In this document: positions 1-12,620 of the stretch, piece by piece | Numbering within the stretch: the stretch's first letter is position 1 | How the letters are laid out: each line of letters opens with the position of its first letter | Origin: Octopus vulgaris | Taxonomy: Eukaryota | DNA length: 64,000 nt | Direction: 5' to 3' | Assembly: GCA_951406725.2 (NCBI GenBank) | Contig: OX597842.1 | Span: 4,340,001 to 4,404,000, forward strand | The notes under the pieces: model-generated | What the model was told of the DNA's origin: nothing | Databases searched by the model: none | Seen by the model: only the letters and a program-made list of their open reading frames with translations | Translations under genes and position numbers: made by a program

Positions 1-352
1 ACAGACAGACAGACAGACAGATAGAACACATGTGCATATGTGCAACCCCACCCACCCATTCACACAAACACGTTGATAATTATTTACTTTTTATGAACAT
101 CTGATGTAATCTAACTTCCTGTAATTTCGATAAATATTTATCATCGTATTGTAGCCATTGGTGGCATCCTTGTGTATATGTGTAATGATACAGATGTGTC
201 ATGTGACGGCTATAAAACTAGATAAACATTCTAATATATATTGTATAGGTAGACGTAAAGAGAGGCAGATGGATATACAGTTAGATGGAATACAACAAGA
301 TGCAAAGATAAACAAGCTTGTACTTAAATTGATACACATGTACAGTGTGTGA

Positions 353-635
353 AGGCGGGTGGTTTAGTGTTTAGGAGTATTCGGTTCACGAATTTTAGGT
401 CTTGAGTTCGATTCGATTCCTTGAGCAAGACACTTTATTTCACGTTGCTCCAGTTCATTCAGCTGGCAAAAATGAGTTGTATCTGTATTTTAAAGGGCCA
501 GCCTTGTCTCATTCTGTGTCATGATGAATCCCCCTGAGAACTACGTGTCTGTGGAGTGCTCAGCTACTTTGCATGCTAATTTCACGAGCAGGCTGTTCCG
601 TTGATCGGATCAACTGGAACCCTCGTCGTCGTAAC
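353..635 (+). mobile_element. tRNA-derived SINE, family C (CORE-like central region)
   Basis: A-box-like TGGTTTAGTG, B box GTTCGATTC, CCTTGAGCAAGACACTT; homologous copies at 9962, 10653, 30999, 33599, 34848. Confidence 0.8.
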
Positions 636-671
636 ACAAACACAAATTAACGCCATTATTGTTTTGCTGTA

Positions 672-906
672 AGGCGGCTGAATCGTTAGCACGCCGGGCG
701 AAATGCATAGCGGCACTTCGTCTGCCATTACGTTCTGAGTTCGAATTCCGCCGAGGTCGACTTTGCCTTTCATCCTTTCGGGATCGATAAAATAAGTACC
801 AGTTACGCACTGGGGTCAATGTAATCGACTTAATCCGTTTGTCCTCTCTGAGTGTAGCCCCTTGTGGGTAATAAAGAAATAGGCATTTCGTCTGCCGCTA
901 CGTTCT
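672..906 (+). mobile_element. tRNA-derived SINE, family B (Meta/MESC-like domain, tentative)
   Basis: GCCGAGGTCGACTTTGCCTTTCATCCTTTCGGGATCGATAAA core shared with copies at 1103, 14934, 33905, 37872. Confidence 0.8.
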
Positions 907-1102
907 ACGTGCCTATTGTAGAAAGGATTATTATTGCTGTTTTGCGTTCTACATCCAATTCCTGCATGGTTAGCATTGCTTTTTGGTCCTTCTGGGGTCG
1001 ATAAAATAAAGTACCAGCAAAGTACTGGGGATTAACGATAACGATGAACCCCCACCCCCACCCTCACCTTTAGAATTATTGTCTTTGTGCTAAAATTCTT
1101 AA

Positions 1103-1295
1103 AAGCGGTGAGCTGGCAGAATCGTTTAGCGATATTTCGTCGTTCTTCATGTTCTGAGTTCAAATTTCGCCGAGGTCGACCTTACATTTCATTCTTTCGG
1201 GGTCGATAGAATAGGTACCAGTTGAAGACTGGGATCGATGAAATCGACTTAACACCCCGCTGAATATGCTGGTCTTGTGCCAAAATTTTAAATTA
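1103..1295 (+). mobile_element. SINE family B copy
   Basis: GCGGTGAGCTGGCAGAATCG head and GAGGTCGAC...GGGGTCGATA core. Confidence 0.75.
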
Positions 1296-2056
1296 TTACT
1301 ATCAGCTTTGTCACTTTTCGAAGACTATGTTATGGGATTCCGTTCCTCTGGAAAATATTCCTCGTTACAAGGGTCCAATTTAATTCGCTCCACAGCTTCC
1401 GTTAGCCGACCCATTTTTATTAAGTTTCTTCTTACTGTCAAAATATACCCAATTCTAAGGATGCGTAAAAAGAAAGTAATATATCTATAAGTAAAAAAAA
1501 AAAAAGAAGTAGAATTTTCTTTTTCATGGTGTAGTGGGGTGGGGTAGGTTTGAAATGGTGGGTGGGGTTACTTATAATACTAGCGAAGACAATGCAAGTG
1601 AGAGGTGCGAAGTGTCACGAATCTGGCGCCAAGTACCAAAGTATGTAAAGTGTTAGGGAATGGGAGAGGGTGGGTGAAGCAGTGGGTGGAGTGGGGGACA
1701 CAGGGTGTGTGGAGATTAGTAGGGGGAGTGACTTTTTACATTGGAATCCAGGCGGTAGCTATCGGTATAATGCGTACCCTTATTTCATTCATCTCACCCT
1801 CTTTTCACCCGATCCAACCGAGGTAGGAGAGGAGACGGAGAGAGAGGGGCGGACAAAGCTTTGCACTCTGTACCCTGCCTTCTACCCGCTACAAAACACA
1901 TTGTATACGATGAACTGTGATACTGTAAATCCGTGAAAACGTAAGACCGTTCACGAGGTGGGCGTTGGGGTGGGACTTCAGTACCTATCCCCCAGTCATA
2001 TCCCCGCAAATTTGCCTGGTGTCTGCCGAGGAGCTCCGGCTAAGTTCTCCGCTTGC

Positions 2057-2098
<42 letters not shown>

Positions 2099-2196
2099 TG
2101 TGTGTGTGTGTGTATCTATGCACAAAAATACACACACACATACACCTACAAGTAAAATACTATAATACAATATAATAAATATAATGTGTGTGTATA

Positions 2197-2357
2197 GGCG
2201 CAGGAGTGGGTGTGTGGTAAGCAGCTTGCTTACCAACCACATGGTCCTGAGTTCAGTCCTACTGCATAGCATCTTGTAAAGTGTCTTCTACTATAGCCTC
2301 GGGCCGACCAAAGCCTTGTGAGTGGATTTGGTAGACAGAATCTAAAAGAAACCAGTC

Positions 2358-2418
<61 letters not shown>

Positions 2419-2550
2419 GTGTGTGTTTGTTCCCCACACCATCGCTTGACAACCGATGCTGGTGTTTTTACGCCCCCGTAACTTACGACGGTTTGTTCGA
2501 CTAAACGCGGTGCTCCAGCATGGCCGCCGTCAAATTACTAAAACAAATAA
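2197..2550 (+). mobile_element. tRNA-derived SINE, family A (internal TA microsatellite)
   Basis: GGCGCAGGAGTGG head, GTTCAGTCC B box, internal (TA)n, GCTCCAGCATGGCC tail. Confidence 0.8.
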
Positions 2551-2574
2551 GATTATATAAAACTATATATAATG

Positions 2575-2707
2575 ATAGAGACTACTTATATGCACTAAAA
2601 GTATGCTCCGGTAATTTGGTACGATCGTTTCGTACTACATCACAGAATTCTGGTGCATCTAAATTAAGTACCATATTCATTTGAATCTAAATTTTTGCTG
2701 AACTTAT
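2575..2707. mobile_element. Short PLE-terminus-like relic with hammerhead 3' half (GAAAC-GATC-GTA, minus strand)
   Basis: 2650-2707 is the diverged reverse complement of 25645-25700; TACGATCGTTTC at about 2619-2630. Confidence 0.5.
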
Positions 2708-3104
2708 ATATATATATATATATATAATTTTATTAATATTATTTTAGTTTCTTTGTCAAAGTTCCTTCGTCACACATTCTGTGCCCTCCTCTCCAACGTG
2801 CCTCCTCTTGTTCTGCTCATTCCACTTTGTCGTTATTTGACAAAATATGGCCATCCCCAATTATAACAAATATATGAGCGCATATATGTAATACATGCTT
2901 ACAATTTATTATAGTGTACATCTATACAATTTTTAACCAAAGCTGCATGTTCTGAACGGTGTAAATTTTACGCCTATCCGTCTATCTACTGACCTACGTA
3001 CATACACACATGCATACATGCAGGCATATATGATGTTGACTGCACCCGTCCTGACGCATCCCTCGCCGTAGGACTTTATAAAATAAAAAAACGGATCAAG
3101 AAGT

Positions 3105-3269
3105 GGTGCAGGAGTGGCTGTGTGGTAAGTAGCTTGTTTACCAACCACATGGTTCCGGGTTCAGTCCCACTGCGTGGCACCTTGGGCAAGTGTCTTCTAC
3201 TATAGCCTCGGGCCGATCAACGCCTTGTGAGTGGATTTGGTAGACGGAAACCGAAAAAAGCCCGTCGTA

Positions 3270-3307
<38 letters not shown>

Positions 3308-3527
3308 TGTGTGTGTTTCTGTGTCTGTGTTTGTCCCCCTAGCATTGCTTGACAACCGATGCTGGTGTGTTTATGTCCCCGTTACTTAGCGGTTCGGCAA
3401 AAGAGACCGATAGAATAAGTACTGGGCTTACAAAAGAATACGTCCCGGGGTCGAGTTGCTCGATTAAAGGCGGTGCTCCAGCATGGCCACAGTCAAATGA
3501 CTGAAACAAGTAAAAGAGTAAGAAAAG
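3105..3527 (+). mobile_element. SINE family A, near-complete young copy
   Basis: A box TGGCTGTGTGG, B box GGTTCAGTCCC, internal (TA)n(TG)n, tail ending CAAGTAAAAGAGTAA. Confidence 0.88.
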
Positions 3528-3529
3528 AA

Positions 3530-3913
3530 ACGAGAGTCAGATATCTATGTGTCATTGGATTGAAGTGACGGAAGTTTCAACAGAACCTTTGCCACCTCTT
3601 GGTCGCCATATTAGGTTCCAGTGAAAAACATTGCAAGATGACTGGTACTCTTTCTTTTGGAACGTTCTGAACGATTCCGTGTATTTCAAACTTATCTCTA
3701 ATTCGATTCATAGCAAGCCACGTATGTGATGCTCTTTCAAACTCCATCCTATTCTATCTTCACACTTTGACTGCCTTTTTAAGCTTCTAGAAGCACCTCA
3801 GGAAGAATTTCCATTGTTCAAAGCTTAGTCTGGTTCCCTTCCTTATTTCTAAAAACAAATCAAAATTAAGCGAATTATCAGCTGTTAAAATGTGTATATA
3901 TTTTTTGGGACAC
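3530..3913 (-). mobile_element. Degenerate Tc1/IS630-like transposon 5' part
   Basis: Minus strand TGTCCCAAAAAATATATACACATTTT terminus, then decayed N-terminal HTH-like coding (LSFEQWKFFLRCF...RIRDKFEIHGIVQNV). Confidence 0.45.
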
Positions 3914-4292
3914 AAACACGTGTGTGTGTGTGTGTGTATATATATTGTGTGCATGTATATACTGATATATGTGTATATAAAATATATATATAAATACAAA
4001 ATGGGACAAGAACGCAAAACATCCAGACAGTTAGGTGATACAAAAAAGGGATAACAAAACATCCAGATAGACGATACAAAGGAAACAAGGACGGGTCATT
4101 TGGAGTTTTCTTTCCCCAGTCGAGTTCCAGATTATCGTTGCAGTTTCGGCTGGTTATACTCGAGATTGTTCCAATCCCGCTAGCCCCAAGGAAAAACAAA
4201 GCTAGAATATATATAATATATACAAATATATATGTATATATATATATATATATATATACATATATATACACACACAAATATATATGTATATA

Positions 4293-4386
<94 letters not shown>

Positions 4387-4457
4387 GTATGTACATGTAC
4401 ATATATGTAATATCTACGTATATATACATATATGCATATACGTATACGTATATGTAC

Positions 4458-4500
<43 letters not shown>

Positions 4501-4986
4501 CGCTTATGTATATACATGTATGAATGATAGATAGGGAATGGAGGTAGTATGTGAAAACCCATTTAACAAAAATATCCACCCTTTTTTTCTCTCTGCTTTT
4601 GTCGTGAAGAGTGAAACATCTGGTCTTTTATCTGCTACCGGCCCATCCCCACCACAGGTACACCACCTCCTCCACCGCGTCATCCACTTTTGACGTTTAA
4701 TTATAAACACGCCATTTTATAATATCTGGGTGAATGAGTATGGGTGCGTGTGTGTGTTTGTGTATGTATGTATGTGTGTATATATATATATATATTTGCA
4801 CACACTCTGACGAAACTAAAGTGGGCATTCAGACACTTAGTAGAGGCGGAGACTTTTTGAGGTTCGGGTGGCACTTGATATTATTGTGGAGTTTTTGAAG
4901 GGTGGAGTGGACCTGAAGGTCGTCCCAGGGTGGCACTGTCTCCACTGACATCATGGCGCACACGCACGCGTCCACTCGCACACATA

Positions 4987-5203
4987 CTCTTTACTCTTTA
5001 CTCTTTTACTTGTTTCAGTCATTTGACTGTGGCCATGCTGGAGCACCGCCTTTAATCGAGCAACTCGACCCCAGGACTTATTCTTTTGTAAGCCCAGTAG
5101 TTATTCTATCGGTCTCTTTTGCCGACCGCTAAGTAACGGGGAGATAAACACACCAGCATCGGTTGTCAAGCAATGCTAGGGGGAACAAACACAGACACAC
5201 ACA

Positions 5204-5258
<55 letters not shown>

Positions 5259-5416
5259 GACAGGCTTCTTTCAGTTTCCGTCTGCCAAATCCACTCACAA
5301 GGCTCTGGTCAGCCCGAGGCTATAGTAAAAGACACTTGCCCAAGGTGCCACGCAGTGGGACTGAACCCGGAACCATGTGGTTGGTAAGCAAGCTACTTAC
5401 CACACAGCCACTCCTG
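4987..5416 (-). mobile_element. SINE family A, near-complete copy
   Basis: Closely similar reverse complement of 3105-3527. Confidence 0.88.
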
Positions 5417-5599
5417 TTATATGTAAATATAACGTGAACTGCAAATTTATTTCAGTATTTTTTCCGGAGATAACATTTTCTATGGACGCACTGTCTTTAA
5501 AAACATTGTATACATCGCTTTCCTTTGACTCAGAGTATTAGCATCTGTCAGGGTGCTAATTAGGGTTAATTAGTGCATTAGAGTTTGCTTCCCTATACT

Positions 5600-5950
5600 C
5601 CTGAAGAGTGGATCCAGCCGACGCTGTGGAAGAAGTTTCCGCGGTTCAACGTGGAAGACGGCAGCAGCTACGGATCGTGTAGTGCTGAGAGCAAGACGAG
5701 GCAAATAGGACATCTTGGTCACCCATTGCAAGGAAGATGAACTAGTAAGGGATCTTGGTCATCTCCAGCCGCCTTGACCTAATTTGGTCACTGGATTGAA
5801 GATGTTCATGGACGAGAGAATGAAGTTGGCAGTGTGCAATCCTTCACTTTTAAACAGTCACCGCGCAAGTCATCAGTCATTCTCAAGAGATGACGAAATG
5901 GTCCACGTCGCCCCGACGGATGAACATGTTGCATTGGAGTGCGTAAGATA
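5600..5950 (+). mobile_element. RTE LINE 5' UTR-like fragment
   Basis: CACTGGAT..GGACGAGAGAATGAAGTTGG..TGTGCAA..CTTCACT..AGTCACCGCGCAAGTCA aligns by eye with the RTE 5' UTR at about 53565-53650 (minus). Confidence 0.5.
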
Positions 5951-5999
5951 TTTGAGGACAGACTTATGCTTATAAAGAAAAAACAGATATATAATAACA

Positions 6000-6905
6000 A
6001 ATACAAACTTTATTTATCAAAAAAGTGTTATGAAGATACAAATAAACCTTCTTTTCTATAATGTTATTCAATAAAGCCATCTTCAGCTTCAACAACTGCT
6101 TCTATATGAGATCTAAATCATCTGCATGCTCGAATCATGTGTTGCTGGTTCGTTTTGGATATTACTCTGACTATGGTAGCTTTCAAATGATCTTTGGTGT
6201 TATGGGCATGTTCATTGACCTCTCTCTCAACAACGCTCCACATGTAATACTCCAATGGATTGAGATCTGGGGAATTAGGAGGTCAAATGTTAGGGGTTAT
6301 GTGATCATGAAAATTTTCAGCCATCCTTTCCTGTGTTACTGGAGTCATGTGTGATAGTGCAGAGCCTTACTGAAACACATATAGCATTTCATTGCATACA
6401 CTACCCTGGGCTTTACAATTGTTTCCAGGACCTCAATGTGGGTGACAGGGTTAACTCTAAGGCCTTGTGGAAAGAAGTAAGGAGGCATCACACGTCCTTC
6501 GTTGCTAACAACCCCTAACTCTATGACAGTTGCAGGAAATTTTGTATGCATAACACTTGGAACTTCAGAAGGGTCTGCACATAACCATCTGTCAATTTCG
6601 TCTGTTAACTTTTTGATCTTGGTCGGAGTTTTTTTCGTTTGAGAAAAACCAAATCAAATCTGCTGGATTTTTCAGTTTGTTTAAGAGCCTTTTAGATCTG
6701 ATGTAGTGATTTTCTTTTGCTTTTTCTGACAAATTGACCTTTCTTTATCATATAAGTCTTATATCTGATGTCTTCGTGGATAAAATTTCTGACTGTCCCT
6801 TCTGATACATGGAGATCTCTTGCACTTGACCCCATGGACTTCCTGGGATTGTAATCAAAGGGCTGTTGAACTTTCTGGATAACTTCAAGTGTTCTGATGA
6901 TTTCA
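6000..6905 (-). mobile_element. Tc1/mariner superfamily (maT/DD37D-like) transposase pseudogene
   Basis: Fragments ARDLHVSEGTVRNFIHEDIRYK, TKFPATVIELGVVSNEGRVMPPYFFPQGLRVN, PPNSPDLNPLEYYMW, IEAVVEAEDGFIE*. Confidence 0.85.
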
Positions 6906-8672
6906 GAGCGTTGCCAATGTTTGCAACGATAAACGCATTCTATAAACGTGCTTACAAGGGGATTCTTTGAGAATAGAATACAAAACATTACAAATATTAC
7001 AAAGCGAGCAGAAATGTTTACCTTTGTCGTACGGTAAAGAAATAGAGAGAATATTCCATTCCAAATTAAATTGGTTATTATGATCCTTCAGATACCAGAT
7101 TACTTTACTAAGCCCTGTATTGTTACGTTTATTGATATGCCTAAATGGAGAGTAATGATTAGATATTCTTTTGGACAATTGATATGAAGTACTAGGAAGA
7201 GGAGGAGGAGACACTCTTCGGTCATGAATGACAACTAGAAAGTTACCCTCCGAGGCACAAGTTCGGGCAAGGTTGTTTGTGGAAGACCAGCAGTCGCCCA
7301 TGCATACCAGCCTACACAACCAGTGTTATCCAAGGGAAAGGCAAAGGCCGATACAGCTTGGTACCAGTGACGTTGCAACTCAATTCTACAGCTGAGTGAA
7401 CTGGAGCAACGTGAAATAACGTGTCTTGCTCAAGAACACAACACGCAGCCCGGTCCGGGAATCAAACTCACAATCTCACGATCGTAAGCTCGACGCTCTA
7501 ACCACTGAGCCATGCGCCTTCCCGATGAAGAACTACCTATATAAAGAAAGACATCAGAACCGGAAGTAACTTTACATTGGTAAATAGAGTTTTTAGTCTT
7601 AGAATTACTGCTAAGAAACCGAATGCGATTAGAGTTGACTTCAGAAACAGTAACCCCGCTGTTATTATTATTCAAAGAATAGTTGTTATTAACGAAATTT
7701 ATGTTAGTATTTTCGTTAAGTAGATTTGATTTTAACAATTCATTATGCGAAAGAGATGATTTGTGAAAGATTTTTTTGTGTTAGAAAAATTATCCTAATT
7801 CGGTGTGAGCTATCGAATAGTACCTTGAATTTCTCGGGAAATTCTTTTCTATAGCTTCACGAAACTGGAAAGGGAAATTGGATTTGATCTGCTTCCCATA
7901 TGGAATTATTAACCAAACCGTTTTGCTAGGACATACCTTGTTATTAGGGTAATTATCTTTAAAAGTCATCGCTGTACCTTTATAATGAAAAAAAGGGCCT
8001 TAACGGTTATCTCCCTCACGCTGTAGAAATACATTACTCAATTTGGTGGTGTTATTTGAAATAAAATTAAAATTGTTAATATCGTTACAACTTGATTTCA
8101 TGTCCTGATTAATAAAGGTAGAATTAATGCCAATAGGGTTAATACAGGTAATTTCTTCGTTTGAAGATGTCAACATTAGCAGATAATCTAGAACGTCTAA
8201 GTGAAATGTTCCTCACTAAATTCTTTGTAATAGCCTTAGAATGATTACTGACACAGTTAATATGTTTTAAATTAGTTGAGGATTTATTGTACGCGAAGTA
8301 CGAATCATGATGCAAGTTAAGGGTACTATCCAAAAAGTTGGCTTTCGTTACATCATCATCAAAAACGATGTTTAAGCCCATGTTTCGGAAACATTTAACT
8401 AAGCTACCTTTTGTATTTTTTTGTTTGAGGCATTTTGAAGGTAGAGTAGACAACCCTCCATTGATGTTCGGGAATTGGTCAGCCATCTCTTAAAGGATGT
8501 ATATACCGACCAAATCAGCGATTTGTGCTGAATCAGAACTTCCCATCGTAACATCAAAACTGTTGGGTGTATCGGTATGGACCCATAGCTTGTTATCAAA
8601 TTTAATAATCGATTTTCTGGCGGCCAACACGACTTTAATCTCATCCGTGTTATTTGTACACACCGGAAAAAA
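6905..8672 (-). mobile_element. Penelope-like retroelement fragment (Neptune-like): RT plus GIY-YIG endonuclease, degenerate
   Basis: FDVTMGSSDSAQIADLVGIYIL, ANFLDSTLNL, SNHSKAI, SIYQCKV..YIGSSS/YQLSKRISNH..TGLSKVIWYLK..LEWNIL..CSLCN. Confidence 0.85.
7195..7524 (-). mobile_element. tRNA-derived SINE (family C-like head, different tail) inserted in the PLE GIY-YIG motif
   Basis: Head GGCGCATGGCTCAGTGG; 11-bp TSD ATGAAGTACTA (7184-7194) / ATGAAGAACTA (7525-7535). Confidence 0.85.
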
Positions 8673-9037
8673 ACACACATACATTTATATATATATATAT
8701 ATATATATGTAGGTCCCGGGTATATATATATATATATATATATATTTAATTCCAAGAGAGTTAGACGTTGTGAATCCAACCAAGGGATAATATCTATCCA
8801 ATATACTGCTGGTAGAATACCCAGTTATTAATACACAAGTGTTTTTTATTGTATGGCGACTACTCTACGGAATGTAATAAATGCGCGAAGGTAGAAAGTT
8901 GTTTCGCGGTTCGACGTGGAATTTATACGGCAATAAGAAAATGGGGGGGGATCAAGAGGTGGTATTCATTAACTTTTAGACATTATATTATGTCTATTTA
9001 TTTATTAAAAAAAAACAATTATAATAATATAATACAT

Positions 9038-9152
9038 ACTCTTACTCTTTACTCTTTTACTTGTTTCAGTCATTTGAAAGATGCCACGCAGTGGGACTGA
9101 ACCCGGAACCATGTGGTTGGTTAGCAAGCTACTTACCACACAGCCACTCCTG
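9038..9152 (-). mobile_element. SINE family A, internally deleted
   Basis: Head joined directly to the tail. Confidence 0.7.
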
Positions 9153-9224
9153 TAACAGATTATGCTTTATATATAAAAATACCAGTAATTATTAAAATAT
9201 ATAATATAGAACATACAAAGTAGA

Positions 9225-9355
9225 ATAGTTTCTTACAGTTGCTTCAGCCAAGAGGTTACAGTACCCCACTTTACTTGTATCCCTTCAGTGAACTGAAGTA
9301 TTTAGTAGATAAAATTAAGTTACTTGAGTGTGCTTCTGGGCTTCGTCAGAGTTTA
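9225..9355 (-). ncRNA. Degenerate type I hammerhead with about 100-nt helix II insertion
   Basis: Minus strand CTGACGA-AGCC...GGCT-GAAGC-AACT-GTA (expected GAAAC-AGCT-GTA); helix I weak. Confidence 0.45.
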
Positions 9356-9455
9356 GAAAGTTCATAATGTTAAGTTATAAATATAAATACATACATATAT
9401 ACACACTTTTACATATACACTTTTACATATACATATACATAAATATATATCCATA

Positions 9456-9491
<36 letters not shown>

Positions 9492-9859
9492 CAACGCAAT
9501 CAATTATTAAGTGCATTATATTCTTATTAGATAAATTATAAACAGATAAAATTATAAATAGTGGAATTTAAATAATCAATCTAGCTTAAGGGTATTGTAG
9601 TTTTGTAGGAATGAGGAATACACACACACACACACACTCACTCACTCACTCACATATATACATGTACAAACATACCCATAGGTACATACATATTTCATGT
9701 GTTGAGAATTATATGTATATATATAATTAGAGAGACAGAGAGAGATGGAGTGATGTGTCTATAGTTTTTTAAAACACGTTTTTAAGAGATATTTCAGTCG
9801 AGCACCGCTGTACAGTTTGCATTTCACAAAACTATGATATATAAATGGCTATTTTAATC

Positions 9860-9894
<35 letters not shown>

Positions 9895-9961
9895 TACATA
9901 TATATATGTATGTATATCTATCTATCCATCTATCTATATATAAATGTGTGTATACCAAGGA

Positions 9962-10236
9962 CTCTCCCGTCGTTAGACGACGTATGAGGGTGTCGGTACA
10001 CACAGATAATTCGTTTATAGTGATCAAACGTTTGTACTCACATAAGTTCACTCCCTCCATCAAATCGACATTACCTGTTCAGGTGCAACTGGGTGTCACA
10101 TGTCAGATGTCGAAATAATGGCAGAGCAGCGTGAAATGAAGTGCTTTGCTCAAGAACACAAGGCAACGCCCGGTCTGGGAATCGAAGCCACGGTCTCGCA
10201 ATCATGAGTCCAACACCCTAACCACTAAGCCATGCA

Positions 10237-10238
<2 letters not shown>
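9962..10238 (-). mobile_element. SINE family C-like copy
   Basis: Minus strand TGCATGGCTTAGTGGTTAGGG head and GTGTTCTTGAGCAAAGCACTT. Confidence 0.7.
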
Positions 10239-10306
<68 letters not shown>

Positions 10307-10518
10307 CACACACACACAACCCTTAAATATATAGACTTTATGTTTACCCAAAATGGAGACGAATACCATTCCTCCGTGAATTCGGCTTGAAAATTAAAAT
10401 ATTAAGATGTTTTCCTGTTTTTCTTAGCATGAAAACAATGGTAGCCTTAATTCACAAATGAAGTAACTCTATCCACCAATGCGGTGTTGAGCACTCATTT
10501 TCATCGTTCCACATTTAC

Positions 10519-10589
<71 letters not shown>

Positions 10590-10652
10590 TATACAGAGCG
10601 AGAGAGAGATGGAGTGACGTGCATATCTGTGTTTGTTAAAATGATGTTGTGT

Positions 10653-11097
10653 AGGCGCGTGGCTTAGATGTTAGGGTATTCGGTTCATGATTGTAAGGTT
10701 TTGAGTTTGATTCCAGGTGGGGCGTTGTGTCCTTGAGCAAGACACTTTATTTCACGTTGATTTAGCCCCCACTCAGTGTGTCACGCTGAACCTCCTTGGG
10801 AGCTTACATTAAACGCTCGCCTTTCCGCTTTCATTCTCCGTCGGACCTCAAACATTCTACGGTGAGCGCCACGGATTGGAAAGCATGGAATAACATCATC
10901 ATCCCCATCATTCAGCATCACCCTCATCAGCGTATTGGTTGAGGAGGCAGCTTCCCCCCTCCGGTCGCCAGCTAGGGATCTTACTTATTTCCTAAGTGGG
11001 TAACTGTCTGTGGAGTGCTCAGCCACTTGCACATTAATCTCACGAGCAGGCTATTGATCGGATCATCTGGAACACTCGTTGATATAACCACCGGAGA
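10653..11097 (+). mobile_element. SINE family C with about 190-bp internal insertion
   Basis: Consensus breaks at about 10812 and resumes at about 11005 (TGTCTGTGGAGTGCTCAGCC). Confidence 0.75.
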
Positions 11098-11679
11098 ACC
11101 GGGCCAAAATGGTGTTATTTTAAAACACTTGTAAGAAAAACAATTTATTTTATTTTATTTTTCATGTTTTCATGATATTGTGACGATCTAGTTGACTGGA
11201 ACTACAAGTTTGGCCTACAAGCTTATTCAAACACCGAAGTCGCTTTTTACCTACAAATGTTTTATGTAAAAAAAGACACTGGTTGGCAAAAGATTCCTTC
11301 ACTGGTTGAACAAACCGATAGGCGAAATTTGGAGTTCTCTTCAGGTCCATCTTCATAAAATAGAAACAGGTCTTTTACACTTTTACTATTTTCAATCTTT
11401 GTCCCTCAGCCGTACTAGAGCAACACCTGGAAAGGTTTCGTTGGTTCGAATCAATACCAGGACTTACCAGAAATACTCAGCCGGTTGTTTTCTTCTCTTT
11501 TCTTTTCTTTTGCCAAATAGCTCGATAACACAAACCAGTAATGTGTTGAGGGACAGACAGAAGGAGGCATACATGCAGACATACTTCCATGTGCGTGTGT
11601 CTTCATATACACCCCCCACCACAAAGATATATCCGCGTTTGTGTGTAATTCTGTCTGCATATATACGTGCACGTGTGTG

Positions 11680-11811
11680 GTATGTGTGTGTCTGTATGTG
11701 TGTGTACATGCATATGTGTATATATATGTGTATATACTCATGGGTATATGTATCTACAAATATTGTATATGTACATATGTATATGTATGCATATATTTAC
11801 ATGTATGTATG

Positions 11812-11847
<36 letters not shown>

Positions 11848-12014
11848 AAAATACACATATATACATAGACATATATATATGTATATATAAATAAGTACAT
11901 ATATATATATATACATGTATATATGCATATATACATATACACACATATATATACAAACACACATATATACATATATATATACATATATGTATACACATAC
12001 ACACACACACACAT

Positions 12015-12065
<51 letters not shown>

Positions 12066-12274
12066 TGCGTATAATTGTGTGTTTAGGGGGAGACTGCACT
12101 GTTCATTATTCTACATAACCTTAGCGCCAGATTAACCGAATATATCCCCGAATCTCTTTTAATCCAACTCTAATCTTGCCATTAACCTTTTGCCACACAC
12201 ACGCATTCAAAAACCTACAACACATGATACCCATTAACGATACACGCTCCTCTCTCTCTCTCTCTTTCGTTTAT

Positions 12275-12331
<57 letters not shown>

Positions 12332-12397
12332 ATTACACACTCGTATAAAATAGCACATCACGTATCTGTTTATCTATCTTTCTGTCTATCTTTCTGC

Positions 12398-12455
<58 letters not shown>

Positions 12456-12620
12456 GTCTATCTTTCTGTCTATCTATCTATCTATCTTTCTGTCTATCTT
12501 TCTGTCTATCTATCTATCTATCTATATCTGTCTTTCTATCTCTCTATAAATCTATACATATCTGTCTATCTCTATTTATATCTCTCTATATATATATATA
12601 TATCTTTCTGTCTATATATA
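11680..12620. repeat. Compound microsatellite block (TA/TG/CA, TCTA)
   Basis: Direct reading. Confidence 0.9.

Noticed and set aside
3105-3180. tRNA genes at SINE heads
   Set aside because: A and B boxes are present, but there is no full cloverleaf and each continues into a SINE body.
4130-4200. Minus-strand GGCT..AGCC-GAAAC-TGCA hammerhead-like 3' half in a TA-flanked element
   Set aside because: No CUGANGA core and no valid NUH site.
4805-4845. CTGACGA followed by a stem (ACTAAAGTG/CACTTAGT)
   Set aside because: No GAAA, helix III or helix I partner; it runs into a possible small TIR element at about 4838-4948.
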